64,000 bases of DNA from Macrostomum lignano (taxonomy: Eukaryota): NCBI GenBank assembly GCA_002269645.1, contig NIVC01003436.1, positions 1 to 64,000 of the forward strand. Reading direction: 5' to 3'. Positions within the stretch are counted from its first letter, which is position 1; every line of letters begins with the position of its first letter. The position numbers were made by a program, and so were the translations under genes. Positions 24,301-34,933 of this stretch are shown here, piece after piece. The notes beneath the pieces were generated by a model, which was not told where the DNA came from, ran no database searches, and saw only the letters and a program-made list of their open reading frames with translations.

Positions 24301-25482
24301 TCAAATATTGTTTCGGTTGCAGCAAGAAAAATTTCAGCCCATTGTAGTTCGACGGACAAAAGAATGGCTTGTTGTTAGTATTCCTTACTGTTAGGCACCC
24401 AGACGTTCGCCTTTTGTGTAATAATTTGCCTGTTTTTTCGCGAATCCGAGTTTTGCAAGTTGTGTAGCATTTTTTAAAACTTTAATATCAATACGAATAT
24501 TTGTCTTTCTCTAGAGAAACAGAATGTTTAATTCTAATTCACATGTGTTGACGCAAGACTGCAAACCATAACATACGAGTTACTTTAAAAATTTCTAATG
24601 AAGCGAATTTTACTTAAATTCCCCACCCTTATTGTGACACTTTCTGGCAATTAGGCTTTTCACACTACCGATTCCAGAACTAGAATCGGTTCGGATCTTC
24701 CGAGAAAAAAAGCAGTATAACTTATTTAACTCTGTTGAATGTTCGACTGCCTTAACAGCCTCACGTTGCAATTTTTTTTCACTTTCTTCTTGGCTATTGC
24801 AATTCAATAATTACAACTTTAAAGCACGTACATCCCTTTAGTTAAGGAGAGAAAAAGTTATACTTTACAAATTGGATCTGGTTCTAGAACCAGAACAAGC
24901 AATATGAAAAGGCCCAATCACAAATTTTTGAAATAGCTCTTTGATGTCAGCATATCAGCCCGTTTTCTTAGTAAAAGTACAGTATAGAGTGTAGAAAATA
25001 TTTGTAATTGTTACTATGGTGGTCCTTGAGTGGAAGTTCATATGCTTCCAAAGTGAAGTCTAGTTACATTTACATTATTTACACGCATTATGTACATGCG
25101 AATTCGGAATACATCTATGTTGTTTTACTAAAGGCTAAGTCTACCGTGGTTTTCCTGCACGGACACGTGGTTATTTCGCATTTCATTCTTGATCTCGTTC
25201 TAGGACGCCGCAAGTCAATTCTTGCGGCCATGGAAGATTGTTGGCTCGATTTTGGGACACTGCAGCGACTGCGATCTTGCCATGAAGGAGTGTGGCTACG
25301 TACATTTTTCTACCTGAGAAAAACTCGGCCCTCGGCAGATATCCTCAGAGCCATAAGGCATTTCGGATTTTCGCAAGACTGGTGCAATCCTGCTATGCAT
25401 GCAAGTTCAAAACTTTTGCAGTTAGATGATTAGTTTGGAAGACTTTATATTAATATACACTGTGCCTCTACGCTTCTGCACT

Positions 25483-26330
25483 TCTGCTCCTCTGCCCCTC
25501 TGCCCCTCTGCCCCTCTGCCCCTCTGCCCCTCTGCCCCTCTGCCCCTCTGCCCCTCTTTCCTTCTGCCCCTCTTTCCTTCTGCCCCTCTTGCCCCTCTGC
25601 CCCTCTGCCCCTCTGCCCCTCTGCCCCTCTGCCCCTCTGCCCCTCTTTCCCTCTGCCCCTCTTTCCCTCTGCCCCTCTTTCCTTCTGCCCCTCTTGCCCC
25701 TCTGCCCCTCTGCCCCTCTGCCCCTCTGCCCCTCTTTCCCTCTGCCCCTCTTTCCCTCTGCCCCTCTGCCCCTCTGCCCCTCTGCCCCTCTTTCCCTCTG
25801 CCCCTCTGCCCTCTGCCCCTCTGCCCCTCTTTCCCTCTGCCCCTCTTTCCCTCTGCCCCTCTGCCCCTCTGCCCCTCTTTCCCTCTGCCCCTCTGCCCCT
25901 CTGCCCCTCTGCCCCTCTTTCCCTCTGCCCCTCTGCCCCTCTGCCCCTCTTTCCCTCTGCCCCTCTGCCCCTCTGCCCCTCTTTCCCTCTGCCCCTCTTT
26001 CCCTCTGCCCCTCTGCCCCTCTGCCCCTCTGCCCCTCTTTCCCTCTGCCCCTCTGCCCCTCTGCCCCTCTGCCCCTCTTTCCCTCTGCCCCTCTTTCCCT
26101 CTGCCCCTCTTTCCCTCTGCCCCTCTTTCCCTCTGCCCCTCTTTCCTTCTGCCCCTCTTGCCCCTCTGCCCCTCTGCTCCCCCTGCCCATCTGCCCCTCT
26201 GCCCCTCTGCCCCTCTGCCCCTCTTTCCCTCTGCCCCTCTTTCCCTCTGCCCCTCTGCCCCCTACCCCTATGCCTATCTGCCTATCATTCTGCCCTTTTT
26301 GAGTCTTGCCCTCTTGCCCTCTCTTGCCCT
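25483..26330. repeat. 8-bp pyrimidine-rich repeat (ccctctgc / ccctcttt)n
   Basis: About 100 units; the minus strand reads (GGGGCAGA)n. Confidence 0.96.
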
Positions 26331-27559
26331 CGTTAGTTATTTACTTAAATGTCTCAAAGTTCCTTGCTATAATTTTCATTTGTCTCCGAGAAAGCCACAA
26401 TACAAAGATATTGATTTTTCTTTCCTAGTAAAACCTTCCCGCCCAACAGTGGAAAAAGACGAGCTCAAATCCGTTTAGACAGTGAGCTCAAACTAGCTCG
26501 TATACTTACTAGTCCATCGAAGATCATGAAGCAAAAATTTTTTGCACTGATGAAAAAATTTCGACTTGCCTCGTTGCGTCTTGTACTGTATTTCGACTGG
26601 TAAGCTTAATCCCAAGGTTCACGGCTAACTAGGCTCAGTAGCTAAGCATTCCTCCCTGCAGATCAATCAGAGTCTTAAGTAGTTTAAAAACTCTTTGACT
26701 TTGAAACTTCAAAGTGTAGTGACGCGCAAAGTAGCCAAAGTAATTCCAGTATTAAGAAAATAAAACGAGCTTTTTACGAGCGTAGGTCTGTCTAGAACAG
26801 GCTATTATTGCTGGATCGCTGCTCCTACTAGTGGCTCCCGAGAGAGCTCAGCTCATTTCGGAGCAGCAGCCGCATCCAGGAGAGGAAACGAGGATGTCCC
26901 GAAGCCCGGCTGTAAAGCTGATTCCCACCCACGGTCGGGATAAGAGACGCGACCTCGGCATCAAGGCGCGCACTGCAGATCCAGACTCCGCGCAGGCCTC
27001 GGGGGGGGGGGGGGTGATTTCGAACTCGAGATCGACTTCTCCGCCGCTTCCGCGCTTATCTCCTTTTGTATCGCCCTGCGGCAGCTGAGGCTCGGGGACG
27101 AATGGATGAAGGAGGAGTAAGAGAGAAAGTAGCAGATATCAATTCAGCACGATTTTCTTACCTGCAGAGAAAGCTCGTATCCAGAAAACGAGATGAAAAT
27201 TTCTTCTTTGGAAAGAGAACACTCTTGGCCTCGGAGTCGCCAGGCAACCATCTGATGAGCCCACCTGCCCGCACACCTGGATTATCCAAGCATGCATCGG
27301 AAACTAATGCAGCGGAGATGAGGAACCTTTTGATGATAATAATGCAGCGGATCCCATGTCATGCAGACGGAAATATCACGTGAAATCTCAGAGCCTATGC
27401 GTTCGTTCCCCATAATGCAGCCTTAAATCATACACCACTCCTAAAGGATGAAAGGGTTCAGGCAGTCAGCTGGTTAGTGATAAATGTATGCAATGATGCT
27501 AAGATATGCTGATTGAATTTCTGCCTTTTTATTCGGAAAAATAGTCAGCCAGTTGAAGC

Positions 27560-28110
27560 CAAGGACGACTTAAGTAGAAGGACGGGAAACCTCGTTTCTT
27601 AGAAAATTTAAGAAGGCAGTTTTCCCGGAAAATTACACTACGGAGATAGGAAGTTTTCATTTTTTCAGCACAAAAATTGTTATTGCTTTTGATAGGAGGC
27701 AGATCCAGTGTTCATTTTTTGATATGTTGTGCCTTTCTTATTGCTCTATCGATATTTATAAAGCTTTTCGTTCAAAAGAATTACGATTCTATGTTAATTT
27801 TTTATTCTACGAAATACTGGAGTTGTGCCATGCATTTTTATTTTTAGGTACAGGAAATGTACGTAGAATAAAAAATTAACATAGAACCCTAATTCTTTGA
27901 ACAAAAAGCTCTATAACTATCACTAGAGCAATTAGAAAGGCACAACATATTAAAAGATGAACACTGGATCTGCCTCCAAATCAAAACAATAGCAATTTTT
28001 GTGCTGAAAAAGGAAAACTTTCTATCTCCGTAGTGTATTTTTTCGGTAAAACTGCCTTTTAAAATTTTCTAGAAACGAGGTTTCGCATTCTTCTACTTAA
28101 GTCGTCCTTG
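27560..28110. mobile_element. Foldback MITE (551 bp) with ~250-bp TIRs and 8-bp TSD GTTGAAGC; P- or hAT-superfamily
   Basis: Ends are CAAGGACGACTTAAGTAGAAG...CTTCTACTTAAGTCGTCCTTG. TSD at 27552-27559 and 28111-28118. A second copy lies at 59262. Confidence 0.9.
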
Positions 28111-28807
28111 GTTGAAGCACGATTGTCTGATGTTCAAGGCAGTCACGTGATGTAAGCATCTGCGGAGACACAGCTACATAAAAAGGCTTTTTGCAAAGGT
28201 TTGCCCTGGCTTACCTGGCCTGAACTTGCCCTAAAGTTCATCGCTCCTGCTTGTACTGTTTTGATACGATTTTGCTATGCATAGCGATCAGTGTTTGTAC
28301 AATGATACTGAGTGACTGGGGTGGAGGAAGGCGCCCAACAGCTGACTGAACTGACTTGGCGGGACGAACGTGAAAAACAAACCAATTTAAAGTTAGTTCT
28401 TAAGAGAACGTACTTGGGATTATAGTTCCCTTGCCGTGATAAAAAATAACTGGGACCCAACTCAATAGATATTCACAACATGGCAATGTGATGCAAGATT
28501 TCATAAAATAGGCTTATTATTCTTGAATTCTATACAGATCGCAGCCAAATCTTTCTGGCCATATTAAATGCAACACAATAACAGGCCTTGATCAATTAAA
28601 CTGTACAGTTGATTAGCACTCGACCACTGCTAGTCATTTGATATTGAATCCAAACGACAAGCTGAGAAAGAAGATGTCCATCCCAAAATGGTCAAAGAGA
28701 TACATGTCTGACGGCTGGGACACAGCTGATGATGCAGTAACACTCTGTCTCCAAGCGGCTGACTCTCGGGAAGAAAAAGACGAACTTAAGTGCCAGTTAC
28801 GGCAGGG

Positions 28808-29200
28808 CTACTTCTTCATCTCACTGCACGGCGTTCGTCGACAGAGCTCTACTTCTACTTCTTCGTCAGGGTCAGCGGCCACGTCCTGCCTTGACAGTCT
28901 CCGGCGACGACTCTTCTCGCGATAGTGACACGCCGTCATGCAAGCGGCAATGAGCACCATGAGGCCCATGAGCACTAGCGCGATCTTCACGCCGTCCCAG
29001 GGATCGTAGCGCAAGCTCGTGATGCGGGACTTGACGCCGTCGTAGCGGTAGTACTTGTACAGCTCGTCAAACGAGATCAGGCGTCGGCCAGCGAATGCCA
29101 GACGAAATTTCTCCGGGTCCCAGGTGCGCGGCGGCTCCGCATCCGCAGGTGCTGTCGTGGTGTCAGCATTTCCTGGACCATCCGATCCTGCGCTGTTCAT
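28808..29200 (-). CDS. Small single-pass membrane protein (130 aa)
   Basis: ATG-initiated ORF with strong G/C third-position bias. One hydrophobic segment (VKIALVLMGLMVLIAACMTAC) is followed by a basic stop-transfer (KSRRRR). A possible donor (A|GTGAGA) near the end means it may be spliced. Confidence 0.65.
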   Translation of the reverse strand: MNSAGSDGPGNADTTTAPADAEPPRTWDPEKFRLAFAGRRLISFDELYKYYRYDGVKSRITSLRYDPWDGVKIALVLMGLMVLIAACMTACHYREKSRRRRLSRQDVAADPDEEVEVELCRRTPCSEMKK

Positions 29201-29593
29201 CTCCGCGGCTCAACAGTGGACATCTGTCGGATATGGCCAGATGGCCACGCACTGAGGGTCGAGTTAAATCCCACTGGAAGGAAACTGGAGGAGGGTGGGG
29301 CACTCCTCGGCGATGGGATGTGAAGCCTCGACCAATGGGATACGACAGCATGCGTGATTGACGAGCATTAGATTCAGCCCCTCTTATCTAGAAGGAAGAT
29401 TACAGTGCTGGTGTAGCAGCGTACAGCCTATACTACAGGGTCGCGTCAGGGATGCTGAGCAGGCTAATTAGCATGTGAAGGTTGAATACAATCATGTTCT
29501 TAGATGTTATGTAAATAATTTGGCAAAGACTTGAGATAGAGAGGGACCAATGCGCTATCGTTAGAGTGGCAGAATAGTATCAGCGCCCTGGCT

Positions 29594-29990
29594 TGCCATT
29601 GGAAAGAGCATCTAGAATAACCTTGAATGCATCATATCAGAAGATGCCATTGCCATTGGAAAGTGCATCTAGAATAACCTTGAATGCATCATGATCAGAA
29701 GATGCCATTGCCATTGGAAAGTGCATCTAGAATAACCTTGAATGCATCATGATCAGAAGATGCCATTGCCATTGGAAAGTGCATCTAGAATAACCTTGAA
29801 TGCATCATGATCAGAAGATGCCATTGCCATTGGAAAGAGCATCTAGAATAACCTTGAATGCATCATGATCAGAAGATGCCATTGCCATTGGAAAGAGCAT
29901 CTAGAATAACCTTGAATGCATCATGATCAGAAGATGCCATTGACATTGGAAAGTGCATCTAGAATAACCTTGAATGCATCATGATCAGAA
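29594..29990. repeat. 58-bp tandem repeat, ~7 copies
   Basis: tgccattggaaagtgcatctagaataaccttgaatgcatcatgatcagaagatgccat, period 58. Confidence 0.95.
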
Positions 29991-31392
29991 GCTCTCGAAG
30001 TTTTTTTGGTCCAGACTTAAGGATAGCATTAAAGTTTTTCCTGTCTAAAGTGCAAAATAGATCACGTTTACACTATTTCAGTGGACCAATTCTTATATTT
30101 TCTTAAACACAAAGGCGCTGTATCTGTCTGATGGAGTGCATTCATTCTGCTTTGATTGAGTGGCCCCGGCTTCATGAATCCCACGTGCGCGGCTCAGCGG
30201 CATCGGGAGACTGAAGAATCTCACAGACAGCTCATCACGCCTTGCACTGGGTCTGCCACAATGTATTCGCAAGGGAAGCGAACACAGAGCCAGAGTGATG
30301 AATGCCCTCATAATGCGGTTCGGGATGGCGGGATCTGCTGGGATCCGGGAGCCGGAGCGTAGGCTTCGCATAGGATTAGGACTGGGGAAACCTGACTCTT
30401 GTCGATTGCTCCTCGACGGTGCTTTGCGTTGTTGGCAATGGTAAGGCGCCGTATTGAGGAGGCTGGACTCGCTTCGGCGCAGCTGCATGAGGACAGAATG
30501 TCGATTTTAGAGGGATTTGGGAGGGACAGAGAGGAAAGGAAAGAAATGGGGAAACGCAGTCGAGGGAGGCCTGATGTAGCCGGGATGCTGGGGCTGAACA
30601 AACTCCGGGCCGCCTGCTTGTGTGGCCTTTTGTCTTCTTCCCAGCAGCAACCCAGGAACCCTCAGCAAAGACACTCCTTGTTTTAGCTGGGCAAACAGCA
30701 TCGGCGAAGGGCGGAAATCTCCCGCGGCCCCGGGCAGGTCGTTGAAGCTTTTGCCCCCTTCTCTCCCAGCTGCGCCGGTCTTCCCATGTCGTGTCGGACT
30801 TGTCAAAACTGCGCAAAAGATTTTTGCGGGGCTTTCGTAAAAAAATCTGAAAGCAGCAGCAGCAGAAAAATAAGTAGCAGCAGCAACAAGTTTTCTGTTC
30901 TTTTCTGACCGTGAGAAAAACGCTTGCGAAAAATTTTCAGTACAGCGTTTTTAGTCCACTTTCACTACCGGAACACTTGGAACGCGGAGTTGTTGGTTTA
31001 ACTATTAACGAAATTGAAGCAAGATAGCAGAGTAACCTGCAGTTGTAGCTGAGTTCAACTCCAACTAGAACTTTCAACTATGAGTCCCAGTGTCTGTCTG
31101 GGTCTCTGCATTTCGCCTACTGAGAACTATCGTTTGAATTTGGAACCATCGCCCAACGCGTCATTTCGGTATTTGGTTACTTTCTCTCTCTGCGCCACTT
31201 TTTCGTCCGTTACAGGCAGAATTCTCATTACCGAGTCCCGCCCCTTTCCTCCCAAGCAAAACTGCAGGTTATTTGCTTCAAGCCAACATCTATCCCAGTG
31301 AGCGGCCTTACAGGCAGAAAGTCGACTATGCCATGGGGCTCAGGAGTCAAGTCAACAGAGCAGCCATAACTGTATCCTGGACCTTTTGCTGT

Positions 31393-32292
31393 CACGCAGT
31401 AAGACCTGCTGCCATGCAGTAAGACCAGCTGCCATGTAGTAAGACCAGCTGCCATGCAGTAAGACCTTCTGCCATGCAGTAAGACCAGCTGCCATGCAGT
31501 AAGACCTGCTGCTATGTAGTAAGACCAGCTGCCATGCAGTAAGACCAGCTGCCATGCAGTGAGACCAGCTGCCATGCAGTAAGACCTGCTGCTGCACTGC
31601 AGTAAGACCTGCTGCCATGCAGTAAGACCTTCTGCCATGCAGTAAGACCTGCTGCCATGCAGTAAGACCTGCTGCCATGCAGTAAGACCAGCTGCCATGC
31701 AGTAAGACCTGCTGCCATGCAGTGAGACCAGCTGCCATGCAGTAAGACCTGCTGCTGCCATGCAGTAAGACCTGCTGCCATGCAGTAAGACCTGCTGCCA
31801 TGCAGTAAGACCTGCTGCCATGCAGTAAGACCAGCTGCCATGCAGTAAGACCAGCTGCCATGCAGTAAGACCTGCTGCCATGCAGTGAGACCAGCTGCCA
31901 TGCAGTAAGACCTGCTGCCATGCAGTAAGACCTGCTGCCATGCAGTAAGACCTGCTGCCATGCAGTAAGACCTGCTGCCATGCAGTAAGACCAGCTGCCA
32001 TGCAGTGAGACCAGCTGCCATGTAGTAAGACCAGCTGCCATGCAGTAAGACCAGCTGCCATGCAGTAAGACCTGCTGCCATGCAGTGAGACCAGCTGCCA
32101 TGCAGTAAGACCTGCTGCCATGCAGTAAGACCAGCTGCCATGCAGTAAGACCTGCTGCCATGCAGTAAGACCTGCTGCCATGCAGTAAGACCTGCTGCCA
32201 TGCAGTAAGACCAGCTGCCATGCAGTAAGACCTGCTGCCATGCAGTGAGACTAACTGCCATGTAGTAAGACTTGCTGCCATGCATTAAGACT
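31393..32292. repeat. 20-bp minisatellite (gcagtaagacc(t/a)gctgccat)n
   Basis: About 45 units. Confidence 0.96.
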
Positions 32293-33540
32293 TTTTCAAA
32301 CTGCCTCAAAAATGTTTCAAGGAAAGGAAGGATACACCACCAGACTGGACCGCATGACTTACCATTTAACTTGGTCTCATTCTTTGCCATCATATGCCCA
32401 AAACAGAAGCTGAGACAGCCGCGACACACCTACCGCCTGTACTTTCTATCTCTAAGCCGGTATCAATCAAAGACTTTCGCGCGAATTATGGACTCGAGAC
32501 TGACAATCTTTCTGACCACGGGGAGAGAGAGCGTTGAGGCAGGGAATTTTCTGTCAGATTCTGGTCGGGTTGTCCCGCGGGTAGCGTACCGGATCGCCCC
32601 CAATAACTCAAGCCTCTCTGCGCCTGAATGCGAAAGCAGAAAATGCTAATCCATCGCATTCAGTAAGATTATTGCAGGATGGAAATCAGTTCATCGCGAG
32701 CCTTAAATCTGGGAAAAAGTGCAACTGAGCTCCGTAGCGGAGAAGCTGCACTTTTTATTGGGGCTAGAAGGTATTCCTGGAATCTTGGGGTTGTTGAGGC
32801 AGCAGCAAGATCAGCTGCCATTCAAACATTCGGCCATTAAAAGTCAGAGTTATTGACCAATGCCAATATGATTTCAAACTTATTGTTATAGAAGCCCAGT
32901 TTCCTGGTCTTCACATCCAAAATGTTACATAAGTGCATAAGTGCATTTTCTTTCTGAATATTGGACATACTCAACTGACTGACTAACTGCCGGAATCCAG
33001 TGAAAGTTCAGCAAAAGCAGGTCTAAACACCGCTCACTGAGTCGAGTCCTTTGGGAATATCTTAGTGGGAAAAATAAGGGATAATCGCTCATCAGAATGA
33101 TGAAGCTGGGCGGGGCAGCTCAGCTTCGCACTCGCCCCCAGACAGCCAGGCACTGAATAGCGAGAAAATGAATTTACGAAGAAAAAAGGTCTTTACTGGT
33201 GGCTCCGCAGAATTCCAAGGAACTGATTAAAGAACACACCACCCCGGGGCCAGACTCCGAGCAGAAGCATCATCAACTCCCCCGGTCCCAGGGGCGCAGG
33301 TAGGTTGGACCGCTAATTCATTGGATTTGCTCGCCTGAGTTGACCGCGAGTTCAGGAAAAATATTCAATTTCGCTACGTTGCAAATATTCTTGCAATACT
33401 ACTTACTGACAAGTAGAGAAGGTGGTAACGGACAAAAAGAAGGATGATAAATAGAAGAAAACTAGCAATCACCGCCCCCGTTGGGGAGGCAACAATGGAT
33501 AAAACAATTTTTTGAATAAACTACATGTAGCTTCTGACCT

Positions 33541-33720
33541 CTCAGCCTTGACATCTCAGCAACTCCATCCGTAAGCCTTGACATCTCAGCAATTCCCTTG
33601 TCAGCCTTGACATCTCAGCAATTCCCCCGTAAGCCTTGACATCTCAGCAATTCCCTTGTCAGCCTTGAAATCTCAGCAATTCCCCCGTAAGCCTTGACAT
33701 CTCAGCAACTCCACCCGTAA
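33541..33720. repeat. ~29-30-bp tandem repeat (agccttgacatctcagcaattcccc..), ~6 copies
   Basis: Directly visible. Confidence 0.88.
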
Positions 33721-34933
33721 GTTTAGCAACTTAAGAAAGTGTTACTGTTAGAAAACTTTGATGTGACAAGTGCGCCAACAAATTGCTTTTGTGCTGTTGG
33801 CTGACACACGTTGCTCTGCTGGGGAATTACAGAGTTCGACGGCTGTCTCAATCAGAAACGATACGGGTGCATTTTTGCTATTTCTGACAAGTAAATTGCC
33901 TCACCTCAATTCCCTCTATTTGCTGATACCTAAAACTATACCCAAAACTGACTGAATTCAAGGTCACTGTCCATGCAGTCATCGTGTAGTTTAGCTACTG
34001 CCTACATGCGGCTTATGTGAGTAGCAATGTCCTGTCTCAGTGCTCCCTTAGAGTCTTTAAATCAGGGCTCATTGCTCAATAGGTGTTGCTAAGATGCCAA
34101 GGCTCAAGGGCGACTCCCATTGTTGCCTTTAGTTCATGGTCCCTACAAAGCGAGTTCGAGTGCCGAATCAACTGACTACGATGACTCACTAATTGAGTCT
34201 GAAACCCGATTCCTGATAAATACCCGAACTGTTGGTTCTGGCACGCTAGAAGGGTATTTTTAAATCAACAGGAACGGGAGGAACCGAGGGTTCGAGTTCG
34301 CCTAGTGGCTCTCATCTTGTTATCCGGAAATCCCACGCGGCTCGCTGATCTCGCGTGACCCGCGCTGCCCGGGAGAGCAATCGAGTTTCCGTTGGTTTCT
34401 TCGCCACTTCCATAAAAGGACTTACTCAAAAAATCTTTGTCCGCAGACTGAGGGCGCTCAATTAATTCGATCATTTCTTAGAATTGCGTTTTCTCCAACG
34501 CAATTTCCGGGTTTATTTTCTACGAAATTTTCGTCACCAGTCGTCGGAGCAGACAAAAAACTTTGTTGCCGACACAAGTTCAAGAAACTCTCGTGGGAAC
34601 TGCAATTCAATTATGCAGGCTCCCGCCCTGAGAATCTCAGCTTCATCTTATTTATAAAATGCTCGAGAGAAAGCGTTGCAACTCAGCTTGAGCCCTTAAA
34701 TCCAGATTCAGCCACACTTTTGTGCTAAGCTTGTCTTAAAGACAAAAGTTTGTCAACAGCTTTCCAGGCAGGTTAGTGAATGAGAAAAAGGACGTCCTGT
34801 TTTTTAAACTAAATCGGATGTTTTGGAGTCGTGTTCATGACTGCAAATTGACTCGTACTTTTCCTCTGCCTGGAAACTAAGCACCCGCGAAGTGAACAGA
34901 GATTTTTTCGGCATTCTTTGCCAATACAGTGGA

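Noticed and set aside
24230-24350. CXC-like motif (SCCNR..LTT*CTCRR) on the minus strand
   Set aside because: It needs a frameshift and a stop read-through, and is too short to support.
25008-25433. 141-aa ORF
   Set aside because: No recognisable motif, AT-rich 5' half, and no convincing splice partners.
28640-28810. Possible stop read-through extension of the TM protein
   Set aside because: A ~57-codon open stretch is expected by chance at this GC content, and there is no UGA-CUAG-type context.
30093-30840. Overlapping GC-rich ORFs
   Set aside because: No frame shows consistent codon bias or a motif; possibly UTR or promoter.
31228-32429. 300-aa ORFs in three frames
   Set aside because: Artefact of a 20-bp minisatellite.
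34275-34310. tRNA B-box-like GGTTCGAGT
   Set aside because: No cloverleaf or correctly spaced A-box could be built.
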